Origin: Anolis carolinensis
Taxonomy: Eukaryota
Length of the DNA: 64,000 bases
Direction of reading: 5' to 3'
Assembly (NCBI RefSeq): GCF_035594765.1
Contig: NC_085843.1
Span: 41,555,955 to 41,619,954 of the forward strand
Positions 10,801 through 22,200 of the stretch are shown one piece after another (position 1 is the first letter of the stretch; every line of letters begins with the position of its first letter). The position numbers and the translations under genes were made by a program. The notes beneath the pieces were generated by a model that was given only the letters and a program-made list of their open reading frames with translations, made no database searches and was not told where the DNA came from.

Positions 10801-13800
10801 CAGAAAATACTGGCGGGATTTGGGTTTCTAAGACCATGTGTTTTCTGATGGTCTTTACCAACCCCTCTGAAACCCCCAGGGGCAGTTCAACCATTAGGCG
10901 AACTAGGCGATTACCTAAGGTGTCATGAGTCGGAAGGGCGCAGCCTGCCTCCCTATGCCTCCCTGGCTCCCCTGCCCTCTTTGCACCCTCCGACCTCCTC
11001 CCTCCTGGAATCGCTGAAGGTGGCGGGGACAAAGCAGCGGAAGGAGAGGAAGGCTGTGCCTGGGCCTCCTTCTTGGTACTCAGTCCACAGCACCCTCTGC
11101 GGCCTGGCTTGCCTCCATGGCCTGGGCCTGGCTCTGCGGCCTGGCCTGGGCCCACCTCTCAGCAGCAGGTAGGCGAAGGAGGGTCAGAGGAGGAGGAAGG
11201 AGGAGGGTCTGGCAGTGCCTCGCGCTGCCCAGGGAGCCCCTTGCTCCCTCCCACTCCCTCCCTTCACACCCTCCCCTTCCCCCTCAGCCCACCCAGGCGC
11301 CGCCGAGCTTCCCAGGGCCAGCCCAAAGCCGCCACCGCCTATCAAGGCCAGGGACTGAGGGGAGTGGGAGGGAGTGGGAGGGGGCAGGGGCTTCCTGGGT
11401 GGCGCGAGGCACTGCTAGCCCCGCCTCCTCCTCTGACCCTCCTTCGCCTCCCTGCTGCCAGCACCCCCCCCTTCTCGGAAGCGCCCGGGCCGGTGGGCTG
11501 TTGGGAAAGCACCATGGCTGAGGTGGCGAGGCTGGGGCTGCTCGTTGGGGCGCTGCTCCACTCCTGTGCAGCCTGCCGGCACCTGGGGGGAGCCATCCAG
11601 TGCCGGACCCAGGTGAGCCCTCTCCTGCTGCTGCACACCAAGCCGCTGCTGGTGTCCAACCGAGGCATGTGGGTGCCCTTCGGAAAGGGGGTTGCTCTTG
11701 CCCTCTAGCTCCTCCCCTTCCTCCTCCTGCTCCTGCCCACCGGAGGAACATGGTTTTTTTCCTTTATTGCAGTGGCTGGCTCTTTCCCTTTCTTTGCTCC
11801 AGGACAAGCCATTAACTTTTTGAAGTCACCCCACCGCTCTTGTCTTGGTTGGTCCCGTAGGTAAGAAAGCAGCAACGATCTGGGGCCCCTTCCACACAGC
11901 TGGATAAAAATTCCACATTTTCTGCTTTGAACTCTAATATGTGGCAGTGTGAACTCAGATACCCCACTTCAAAGCAGTTATAACTGACAATATCGGCCTT
12001 GATCTGGGTTATCTGAGTCCACACTGCCATATAATCCAGTTCAAAGCAGCTATTGTGGGTTATCTGCCTTGATATTCTGGGTTATATGGCTGTGTGGAAG
12101 GACCCTCAGGGCTCTTCCACACAGCCATATAACCCAGAATATCAAGGCAGAATAACCCACAATAGCTGCTTTGAACTGGGTTACCTAAGTCCACATTGCC
12201 CTATATCCCAGTTCACTGTTTGGTACTAAATTGCAAATATAGTAATTCCTACATAACACTACCATGTATTGAACTGCTTTTTCTGTTGATTTGTTGTAAA
12301 ACATGATGTTTTGGTGCTTAATTTGTAAAATAATAATGTAATTTGATGTTTAATAGGCTTTTCCTTAATCCCTCCTTATTATCCAACATTTTCACTTATC
12401 CAACGCTTTTATTTTTCAGTGATTGGTTTGGGGGGCGCCAAAATTCTGTTCGCCTACACTTGAAAATTACCCAGGGCCAGCCCTGGAAACCCCCTCGCAA
12501 CCCCCCAGGGGTCTCCATCCCCAGGATGAGAAACGCTGGTGTAGTATGAAAGTAAAGAAATGACGTGGAAAACAATAGACTCAGTGCATATTGGAAAGGT
12601 GACAACAGGTGAACAGAGACATAACTTTGTTCCATCTTTTTTTCTTCTATCAGAATTAGCACGGAAGCAACAAGTGAAGAACATCTCCTTGTCAAGTAAT
12701 CACCTTTCTGACATAGAAGAAACAATGATGAATAATATACTAGAGGTCCAGCTATGAAAGAAAAGCAGTAAATCTATCTGGAAAATACAATACTCAGGGA
12801 TAAAGTGTGCTTCTAAAAGAAGGATTGCTAGTTTTATCAGCTAAAAGACTTTACAACTACTCCATCATTTCCTACATGGATTTTCTCTTGAAAGAAAAAT
12901 CAATATAAGTAATAATGGGAAATGGCAGGATAGCTGCAAATGATAACAATATAAGTCTCATAACTGAGCAGGAAGTGCAGAATGATTTCAGATTATCAGG
13001 AAATATATTTGGAATTAAATACAAGGGCTATAGATATGATTTTGGAAAATCATAATTATATAGCACAACTTCATCCATGATTCTTCCAGCCCATGTAGAC
13101 CTTGATCTTCACCTTCTCAGCTCTCTAATTGTGTCAGAAACATCAATGTCCTTCATTCAAAAGTTCCCTACCAAATACTAAGAGTGTGACAGAAGTAGGT
13201 CTCACCTAAACTGCCATATAATGAAGTTTCAAACTGCATTATAAGGCAGTGTAGATGGAGTTGTAGATGGGAAACATTGATGTAATGTAGTAGACTGGTC
13301 TCTGGGTTTTTTTTTTGACTAATTTTATTTCCTAACCTTTTAGCCTTTTATGAGCTTTGATTGTTTTGTGCTGCTTCTGCTTGTATGCTAATTATTTTAT
13401 AAATATTTTAATTCAACTTTTTTTTTAAAAATGCACTGTACTGCTAATGACTCTAGGAATTTTAATCAGATACAAGGTATAAATGCCTTTAAGTGAGTTA
13501 CTTAATGGAGTTGTAGAACTAGAAAAAGAGTAAAAGAAAATAATCACCTTGATTACATCCTGGAAAGCAATGGTGGCTTTTGTAGTCCCTGTGTTCAATT
13601 TCACCATAAAACGGATTAGCTTCTCCAAGTCCTCACTAAGCTCTCTCTCCATATTACTTTCAATCCCCCAATCCAAAGCTTTGTAGATGAGCATTCCCAA
13701 TAGTTCGGTCATCTGCAAAGGAGGCAACTTTAAGTCTTGGTACTAGGGTAAGGTTACTCAAAAGCAATATATATATATTGCTTTGACATATGACATATTT

Positions 13801-16265
13801 TATGCAGTATTCCTCTGTTTTATTTCAAATGTTTTGTCCCACAATTAAGCCGGAACAGTGATAGGAAGACAATTTGAAATGTGGTGCTGGGGAAAGAGTC
13901 CTGTGGATATCGTGGAATGCCAAAAAGACAAATAAATGGGTTCTACAACAATCATGCCTGACCTCTCCCTAAAAGCCAAGATGAACTTTCCCTAGAAACC
14001 ATATTATGAGAAGACATGTCTTGGTAAAAAAGACAATGCTTGCTAAGGTGGAAGGCAGTAGGAAAAGAGGAAGACTGTATTCCAGATTCATAGACTCAAT
14101 CGAAGAAGCCATGGAGCTATGGCACTGAGTCTGCAAGGCACAGTTGGGTTGTTGATGCTAGAGTGACTTGGAGGTCTCTTATTCAAAGTTGACCTGACTG
14201 CAATAAAATCATTTCCTCCAGGGTCGGTATAAAGAAGACAAAGGTTTATTCATTGATAACGAACCTGAATAAAGTAATTATGTAGAATAATTTCACTTTG
14301 CTAAACCCTATGCTGAAAGCCATGTTAAATGGAAGAGCTTTACCTTGTCTTCTAAGGCATCATTGGGTTCTAGACTGATGTGATTCTCTGAAACAAAAAA
14401 TAAGTAAAATAAATGGTAAGTTCCTTCAGTCTTATTAACTCTCTGTGAAATGTGCCCATTAATAATATTTCTGTTCTTTTCATCCAGTAGCCAAGAGTTT
14501 TCACCATAGCCACAGAAAACAAAGACACTATTTCATTGAATCTTGTGCTGGAAGAGCAGCAAGATATAAACCGGTCATATTTGCACAAGATAATTGTTGA
14601 GTCCCCCCAGGTGAGAAGGGTGGGGTATAAATGCTGGAAATAAATAGAAATAAATACATTTTGGAAAGTTAATTTTAAGACTGTAATTCCCATAAATCTA
14701 GGACCTGTAATCCAAACAACAACATTTATAAACTCTAGTTTGCAAAATAACCATGTTCTACCAATCCTAGAGGAATTACTTAGATGCAAGCAAAAGCTAT
14801 TGGACATAACCTATTGGAAATAACTGCACTCAGTCTCTGGGCAGATATCCCTTTGGAAATAAATGGCAATCATAACCTTACTGAAAAAGAAAAATGATGT
14901 CATATCCGTTTGGCAAATGTGAATCTCCATAAACATATGGAGACCACCTTTTGAAAAACACTAGTCAAAAAAGACATGACCTTATTAGAAGTCAACCCTT
15001 TCGACAAGTAATATTCATAAGCATTCATGTAATAGCACAAAGATAGCTTAGCTGTTAAACTGAAGAACCATGTAACCATGCCAAGGACAAAGACATGCCA
15101 CTACAAAAATATATTTGGTTAGCAGAGGATGGTTGTTTTGGTTGTTGTGAGATTTTCATGCTGTATGGCCATGTTCCAGAAGCATTCTCTCCTGATGTTT
15201 CACCCATATCTATAGCAGGCATCCTCAGAGGTTGTGAGGTACAGAATGTTGGAAACCAAGCAAAGGAGGTTTATATATCTGTGGAAAATCCAGGGTGGGG
15301 AAAGTAACTCTTGTCTATTGGAGGCTAGTTTGAATGTTGTAATTAATCACCTTGATTAGCATTAATGGCCTTGTTTTTTCTGCCTGGGGGAATCCTTTGT
15401 TCGGAGGTGTTAGCTGGCCCTGATTGATTCATGTCTGGAATTTCTGGATGGTGGTTTTTTTGAAGTTGAAATTGCAGTTTGCACAAAAGATATACACTCT
15501 ATTGAAATCTCTTAGTTTAAAATATGCACTCAGAGATAATAAAAAAAAACAAAGTCTTCTTTGAAAAATAACGTATCTTGTTTACTCACTCTTTTTATTC
15601 AATTGTTAAATTAGCTTTGTTTAAACATCTTTTTTACTACTGATTCAAATCTAATGTTTCTAGAAGCTTTCCTTACACTCCTTAGTGTTGCAAAGGACTA
15701 GGATAAAACAAATTAGGCCATACTATATTATCACAGTGATTATATTTTATAATGATAGGAATCAAAATTAGTCATAAAATCAAAGATGTTTATAGTGCTG
15801 TGTAGTACTAGATTTTATTTCCTCAATTTTTAACCAGACTAAGATCATTTGACTCCAGTACAGAAATTTACTCAAAACTGAGGTCAAAAGTAGTAAACTC
15901 CTTAAGAAATACTATGCAAAAAACTACAGCAATAAGGAAAGAGGTAGAATATGAAAGCAAATGTAGAATTAAGAGAAACATGAACACACCTATTGGAAAC
16001 TTCCTGATTTTTCCTTACCAATGTCATGCTGTAGATTGAAGGACACGCTACCATCAGAATGGATGTAAAGGTTGTCAATATCTAAAATTGTCATATGCGA
16101 TACAGAATCCAGTCCTTGACCTAAAATCTGTTTCATTTTATAACAAGACTGGAAACAAATAGCCCACGCCTGTTCCTCGTTTATGGGCTGCTCATAATAG
16201 CTCAGAAATTCAGCCAGAGAGATCTTTGTGAGATCTCCATTACTAGAATTCTTCCCCCCTACCAT
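1849..16265 (-). CDS. Divergent Spire-family actin nucleation factor (protein spire homolog 1-like), 3'-partial
   Basis: Exons (5'->3', all AG/GT, phases continuous): 16265-16019, 14387-14344, 13712-13548, 9943-9818, 9661-9605, 8798-8637, 8110-8042, 7528-7399, 5785-5655, 5193-5062, 3325-3264, 2763-2736, 1991-1849; 1496 nt without a stop. KIND motifs ISLAEFLSYYEQPINEEQAWAICFQ, LIYKALDWGIESNMERELSEDLEKLI, HYTGICKLLFAE. WH2-like VDLWQGVLGDVQKGVKL, SAVLDDIKNKRYVLHK, SLHDQLMMEVKNPPMLRP. Spir-box-like LPTIADLMGTR. FYVE-type CPVC..CHLC..VICQDCC. Last exon(s) lie left of the window. Exons 8110-8042 and 5785-5655 rest on splice signals and frame rather than homology. Confidence 0.88.
2226..2365. mobile_element. 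Short palindromic hAT-type MITE
   Basis: CTCCAGGTGTTTTG ... CAAAACACCTGGAG inverted arms. The same family recurs at 6769-6897, 8170-8306, 21547-21706, 23131-23236, 35918-36052, 36496-36600, 51105-51222 and 59722-59842. Confidence 0.65.
3445..3767. mobile_element. Tc1/mariner-pogo-type MITE
   Basis: TIR CAGTAGAGTCTCACTTATC ... GATAAGTGAGACTCTACTG with TA TSD; nested in an older related MITE. Confidence 0.85.
4570..4731 (+). mobile_element. L2-type LINE/SINE 3' tail
   Basis: GTAAGCCACCCTGAGTCCCCTCGGGTGAGAAGGGCGGGGTATAAAT followed by an A-rich tail. Confidence 0.6.
6100..6590 (-). mobile_element. L2 LINE 3' fragment
   Basis: ORF remnant RDGAFSVMVPRLWNSLPSEIR and L2-type tail. Confidence 0.75.
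6769..6897. mobile_element. Palindromic hAT MITE
   Basis: AGTGGTTCTCAACCTGTGGGTCCCCAG ... CTGGGGACCCACAGGTTGAGAACCACT. Confidence 0.8.
8846..9453. mobile_element. Non-autonomous hAT (Charlie-type) element
   Basis: TIRs CAGTGGTTCTCAACC / GGCTGGGAACCACTG; imperfect 8-bp TSD ATCTAGAT/GTGTAGAT. Confidence 0.75.
10247..12538. mobile_element. SPIN/URR1-like non-autonomous hAT composite
   Basis: Left end matches recalled URR1/SPIN_NA sequence (TTAATACAGTTCCTCATGTTGTGGTGACCCCCAACCATAAAATTATTTTCGTTG); right end GAGAAACGCTG; TSD GTGTAGTG/GTGTAGTA. Confidence 0.75.
10877..12485. mobile_element. Nested GC-rich hAT (Tip100-like) element
   Basis: CAGGGGC...GCCAGCCCTG ends with a perfect 8-bp TSD GAAACCCC (10869-10876, 12486-12493). 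Confidence 0.75.
13840..14195 (+). mobile_element. Old RTE-clade LINE 3' fragment
   Basis: Degenerate FEMWCW...HIMRR...GKVEGSRKRGR-like coding remnants. Confidence 0.65.
15139..15450 (-). mobile_element. Penelope-like fragment
   Basis: Same repeat as 44089-44856; hammerhead variant GAAACATC. Confidence 0.75.
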
Positions 16266-16370
16266 TTCTGTGTTGTATTACTCTTAAGTATTTTATAACT
16301 AAACAACAGCAAAAGGCCTTCCTGGGATCTCTTTTATTTGTTCTTAAAAGATCTCCACCAGGTGTGGTTG
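16266..16370 (-). other. 5' UTR part of the ATG-containing exon of the Spire-like gene
   Basis: Minus-strand acceptor TTTTTTTTTCAAAAACAG ends at 16371, implying an upstream non-coding exon. Confidence 0.5.
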
Positions 16371-16444
16371 CTGTTTTTGAAAAAAAAAATGGAACAGGCT
16401 TTATTAAAGGGCAACTAACTACCTCCGCGGTCTCATCAAAGTAT

Positions 16445-17590
16445 GTATATTTATCGTATCAGAAGCAAACTGAGGGTTGTAGTAGATTTAAAAATACAGA
16501 GTGAAAAACTTGGCATTATACTAAATGTTCTTTGACCAGGAGCTGGCCACTTGGAATGCCTCTGGTGTTGCTTTAAGAAGGTTCCCCATTGTGCATGTAG
16601 CAGGGCTCAAATTGCATTGTAACAGGTGATCTGTGGTTTGCTCTTCTCCACACTCACATTTATTTATTTACAGTATTTATATTCTGCCCTTTTCACCCTG
16701 AAAGGGACTCAGGGAGGATCACAATGCACATATACATAGCAAATATTCAATGCCATTAGACATAAAACTTATAGACAGGCACAGAGGCAATTTAACATTT
16801 TCCAGCTTCTGGCTTCATGAGGGTATGCTCAATTCTGGCCACAGGGGGAGATGCCGCTTCATCGACCACTTATGACACCAAGTTCTTGATGGAGTACTTC
16901 CTCATTCCTTTCCACATACTGCTGGATGTTTTTATGGTGTTGTAAATTAGTTAAATTAGCCTCCCCGCATAAAGCGGTACCTACATTTTCTACTCGACAG
17001 ATGAAACTGTCTTTTGAGCTGTATGTTTTAGGAAAGTATTTCTTGATTTAAGGCATTGGCGTGCTGGCTGATATCCGAACAGAAGATGGGCTGGAGATGT
17101 CGCTGCCTTGGTCCTTTCATTATTGGCTGCTACTTCCCAGCAGATGTCAGATACTGGCTAAACAGTATACGTAATTTATCCAGTGGTGTGGGGTGTAGAC
17201 ATCCTGTGATAATGTGGCATGTCTCATTAAGAGCCACATCCACTGTTTTAACGTGGTGAAATGTGTTCCACACTGGGCATACATAGCAGCAGAGTAGAAA
17301 AGCACACGGGCAGATGTCTTCACTGCATCAGGTTGTGATCCCCAGGTTGTGCCAGTCACCTTTCGCATGATATTGTTTCTAGTGCCCACTTTTTGCTAGA
17401 TATTCAAGCAGTGCTTCTTGTAAGTCAGAGCAAGGTCCAGGGTGTCTCCCAAGTATTTTGGTGTGCTGCAATGCTCTAGTGGGATTCCTTCCCAGGTAAT
17501 CCTCAGAGCTGGAGGTGCTTGTCTGCTCTTAAGGTGAAAAGCACATGTCTGTGTTTTAGATAGATTAGGAATCAGCTGGTTTTTCCTATA
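16445..17590 (-). mobile_element. Vingi/Ingi-clade LINE 3' fragment interrupted by a SINE
   Basis: ORF remnant RNNIMRKVTGTTWGSQPDAVKTSA; 3' end CTTCTGATACGATAAAT; insertion at ~16658-17020. Confidence 0.65.
16658..17020 (-). mobile_element. SINE with L2-type tail
   Basis: TTTATTTATT tail and GGGACTCAGG L2-type 3' motif in reverse orientation. Confidence 0.55.
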
Positions 17591-17769
17591 CCATTTTCAC
17601 AATGTATTGATTTAAACAGGTATCCATCTATCTTTAGAAGTAATAAAACATTTATTCAATTTATTGACTCACTTCCCCCCTAGCATAGGCTCCAGATATA
17701 AGGACCAAACTATACAATGGTCCTTAGCAAGGCTAGAAAAATCAATGGGGGAAACTTTATTCTCCTCTG

Positions 17770-18110
17770 AATGAATGTCAGGAGGACATAATGGGCTGCG
17801 TGAAGAAAAACAAATTTAAATTGATCCACATAAGACAGAGGGATTTGCTATCAAGGGTCCTAACCTGGGGGTGGACGTGTGTTCAGGATGGGGCTATACT
17901 CCCCCTGAAAGACTGTGTTTGCAGGTTGGGAGTACTCCTGGATCTGTCTCTCCAAACGTCAGCTCAGGTAGATGTGATGGTCAGGAGTGCTTGCTACCAG
18001 CTTCGGCTGATTCGCCAGCTTTATCCCTTCCTAAAATCTGAGGACTTAAAGATGGGTAGTTCACACACTAGTAGCCCCAGGGCTGGACTTCTGCAATGTG
18101 CTTTATTTAC
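17770..18110 (+). mobile_element. L2 LINE RT-region fragment
   Basis: LGVLLDLSL...ACYQLRLIRQLYPFL remnant. Confidence 0.7.
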
Positions 18111-19911
18111 AGTGAGTTACTTCTGAACCAAGAACAGAAAAGCTAATTAATTCAATACATGTATTGTTGAAGGCTTGTAAGGCCATGTTCTAGTAGCATT
18201 TCCTCCTGACGTTTCACCTGCATCCGTGGCTGGCATCTTCAGAGGTACTTTCTAGTAAACATTGTGGGTTTTTTTGTGGGCGGGGAGGTAACTCTGATAG
18301 TGTTGAGTATTTTCAGGACCAGATTCTATGGATATGTGATTTGGATAATAAAAGCTTATGGAAAAACCACATTATGTGAAAACCAGCTATTTCATATTTA
18401 CTGGGAAGAAACTCCCCCCTGTATCCTGAAAACACCTAATTCTCAACTATTTCAATGCAGCCTGCTCCTAGACTAGAACGTCCCTAACTCTGCATCTGGA
18501 AAAATTACAAAAACCTTGGAAATGTATGTTATTATCTTACAAATCATCTATATATATAAAAGAGTGATGGCATCAGGGCAGCGGACAAAGCAACAAAACT
18601 ACAGGCCCCCCAACCTCGAAATTTGACAACACAACCCATCACACATGCCTCAGGGTTGATACAACAAAAAGAAAAGAAAAATAAAGTCCTAATTAGAGGG
18701 AGAGCAATAATTGTTTTTATCCAATTGCTGCCAGTTTAGAGGGCTAATCTCTGCCCACTTCGTTGCCTAGCAACCAAGGGACAGCCAGGTTTCAGTTAGG
18801 GGACAGGCAAATTTAGGCCTCACTTAGGCTTCTTCCACAGATTATCTAATTTGCACTGGATTATATGGCAGTGTAGACTCAAGGCCCTTCCACACAGCTA
18901 TATAACCCATTTATAATCTTATATTATCTGCTTTGCACTGGATTATCTTGACTCCACACTGCCATATAATCCACTTCAGTGTGCATTTTATACAGCTGTG
19001 AAGAAGGGGCCTCATATAATCCAGTTCTAAGCAGATAATATAAGATTATCAATATACAGTAGACTCTCACTTATCCAACATAAACAGGCCAGCAGGATAA
19101 GTAAATATATTGGATAATAAGAAGGGATTCAGGAAAAGCTGATTAAACATCAAATTAGGTAATCATTATACAAATTAAGCACCAAAACATCATATTATAC
19201 AACAAATTTGACAGAAAAGGTAGTTCCACGCGCAGTAATGCTATGTAGTAATTACAGTAGAGTCTCACTTATCCAACACTCGCTTATCCAACGTTCTGGA
19301 TTATCCAACGCATTTTTGTAGTCAATGTTTTCAATATATCATGATATTTTGGTGCTAAATTAATAAATACAGTAATTACTACATAGCATTACTGCGTATT
19401 GAACTACTTTTTCTGCCAAATTTGTTGTCTAACATGATGTTTTGGTGTTTCATTTGTAAAACCATAACCTAATTTGATATTTAATAGTCTTTTCCTTAAC
19501 GCCTCCTTATTATCCAACATATTCGCTTATCCAACATTTTGCCAGCCCACTTATGTTGGATAAGTAAGACTTTACTGTACTGTATTTACAAATTTACCAG
19601 TAAAATATCACAATGAATTTAAAACACTGACTACAAAAACATTGATTATGAAAAAGCAGACTGTGTTGGATAATCCAGAACATTGTATAAGCGAATGTTG
19701 GATAAGTGAGATTCTACTTTGATATGAAATAATTTCTAGGATAGAATAATGCAGAACAATATAATCTCTAAAACCAGGACAGTAATAAAAAAATAAAGAA
19801 AGTAAATAAAGCAAGGAAATTGGAAATTCCACAAAGGAAACAATCAGGGCCAACTAACACCTCCCAAGAAAGGAAGCTGAGAAGGCAGTGAAGCACTATG
19901 TATTACCAAAG

Positions 19912-19979
19912 TCATTATTATTACTATCATTACTATCATTACTATTATTACTATTATTATTATTATTATTATTATTATT
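19912..19979. repeat. (ATT/ACT)n microsatellite
   Basis: Directly visible trinucleotide run. Confidence 0.9.
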
Positions 19980-20469
19980 GTGTTGCGGTCAACCGTGAAA
20001 ATGAATACAATCTGGCTCCAAGTATTCAAAAACACTAAAATCAGAATATATAAAAATTAATGTGGTATAATAAAACAGAACAATACAATCTCTAAAATCA
20101 GAACACTAAATAAAGAACAACACTCTGAAAACAAGGCAATTCCAGACAGGAAAGAATCAGGGCCAGCTAACACCTCCCAACAAAGTATTCCCATCATCAA
20201 AGTCTGGCCAATCCTCTGTTTTCTCAGGGCCACAGACAGTAGAAGCACATAAAATATCGCAAACAACACCATTCTGAAAACAAGGCAATTCCAGACAGGA
20301 AAGGATCAGGGCCAGCTAACACCTCCCAACAAAAAAATCACTCAGGGAGGAAACAGCTAGGCTTTAAATCTGCAAGGCCATTACATCCTAATCATTTTTC
20401 CTAATTGCAGCATTCATACTTGCCTCCAACAGACAAAAAAAACAAAAAAAACAATCAGAAATATTGTAT

Positions 20470-20797
20470 CCCCTGATGGCACAGCATGTTAAAGCGCTGA
20501 GCTGCTGAACTTCTGGACCGAAAGGCCGCAGGTTTGAATTGGGGGAGCGGAGAGAGCCCCCACTGTTAGCCCCAGCTTCTGCCAACCCAGAAGTTCAAAA
20601 ACATGTAAATGTGAGTGCATCAATAGGTACTGCTCCGGCGGGAAGGTAACGCCGCTCCATGCAGTCATCCCACATGACCTTGGAGGAGTCTACGGACAAC
20701 ACCAGCTCTTCGGCTTAGAAATGGAGATGAGCACCAACCCCCAGAATCAGACATGACTGGACTTAACATCAGGGGAAAACGTTTACCCTTTACCTTA
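20470..20797 (+). mobile_element. Sauria SINE (inside Helitron)
   Basis: tRNA-like head and GGCTTAGAAATGGAGATGAGCACC...ACCTTTACCTT tail. Confidence 0.8.
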
Positions 20798-21869
20798 ACT
20801 ACCACCAATTCCTCAATACTTTATTTCCCATACCACCATTCTTCGCCACAGCAACGCGTGGCCGGGCACAGCTAGTATACACTAAAGTATCACTTATCCA
20901 AGCTAAACGGGCCGTCAGAACCTTGGATAAGCAAATATCTTGAATAATAAGAAGGGATTAAGGAAAAGCCCATTAAACAGAAATTAGGTTGTTATTATAA
21001 GGACATGAATACCTCTTGTTGGAAATGTAAGCAGCAGTAATGCCGGCCACATAACATTGGAGGTGTCTATGGACAACGCTAGCTCTTTGGCTTAGAAATT
21101 GAGATGAGCAGCAACCCCCAGATTCGGACTCAACTAGACTGAGTGTCAGGGGTAAAACCTTACCTTTACCTTGCTAGTGAAACTGAATTACTGTGTCAGG
21201 AAATGATGCATGTCTAAAATGTGTGTCACCAACATGAAATCTTTGGAAGAGCTCGTTCTAGACCAGGCATGGATAAACTTTGTCCACTAGGAGGGCTTTA
21301 CTGTTCTAGTATTTGAGCACAATTGTTCTTATCTGATGATTGCATTTTCAGTCCTGCTATGAATTTGGCTGCTTTAATTACATTGAGTCTACATTTATAC
21401 TTTGTAGGGGTTTCCAATTAGTTGAGGCGCCAACACCCTTTAGCAGAGGGCGAAACGCCTTGTAGAACTACAACTCCCACGATTCCATAGCATTGAGCCA
21501 TGGCAGTTAAAAGTAGTGTCAAACTGCATTCGTTCTACAGTGTGGATCAGGCATGGGCCAACTTGGGCCCTCCAGTTGTTTTGGACTGCAACTCCCACCA
21601 TTCGCTTAAGCGGCTGAGGGGGGGAAAGGAAGGGGCCTGAGGCTGTCAGGAATGGTGGGAGTTGCAGTCCAAAACAACTGGAGGGCCCAAGTTGGCCTAT
21701 GCCTGATGTAGATAGACCAGCCCTCAAACAAGCTTCAGTAATTGCACCAACTAATTAAAAGCAACTCAGTGATGAATTATTCTGCAACTTTGGCAATAAT
21801 ATTATTTTAACTTGCATTTTGTGTTGTAGCTCTGCTTTTTAAAGCTGGAGCAATTCTTCCTTATGAGAG

Positions 21870-22200
21870 GAAAGCAGGCCTTGACGCCCCCTTACGGCGG
21901 CTGAGAGCAAAGGCAGGGGAAAGGAGCCTTGAACTACGGCTCCCCCTGCGGGACAGAAAACTTGGTTGAGTCCTACGAAGACCTTCCTCCCCCTGAGTGG
22001 AATGTGGTTTCATCCAGGAAAGATGGCGGCGCCCATACGAGAGGAAGCGGTGTGGAACCGGCTACGAGTGCCATGGCCGGGCTGCAGCGCCGGCATCGTT
22101 GTACCGGATCACCATGCTTCGGGTAAAGAAAAGGAGGCGAAGGAGGGCCAGCCGTCCTTTTAACAGCCCCTCACTCCCTTGTCCATGACTGTCTGCCAGG
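21870..22200. promoter_or_regulatory. NEPRO CpG-rich promoter/first exon, possibly bidirectional
   Basis: Local CpG enrichment; YY1-type AAGATGGCGGC overlapping the ATG (22020-22030); ACTACGGCTCCC SBS-like motif near 21933. Confidence 0.6.

Larger units (their letters stand above)
18547..20875 (+). mobile_element. Non-autonomous Helitron carrying nested/captured repeats
   Basis: A|TCTATATATATAAAA 5' end, GCCAC..GTGGC hairpin at 20845-20862, CTAG|T 3' end, no TSD. Confidence 0.8.

Noticed and set aside
10730-11815. Long overlapping ORFs (up to 211 aa) on both strands
   Set aside because: Low-complexity products of GC-rich transposon interior bounded by TIRs and TSDs; no domain signature.
12396-12725. 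109-aa minus-strand ORF as an extra Spire-like exon
   Set aside because: Exons 13548 and 9943 already join in frame with continuous KIND homology; the ORF runs into a transposon.
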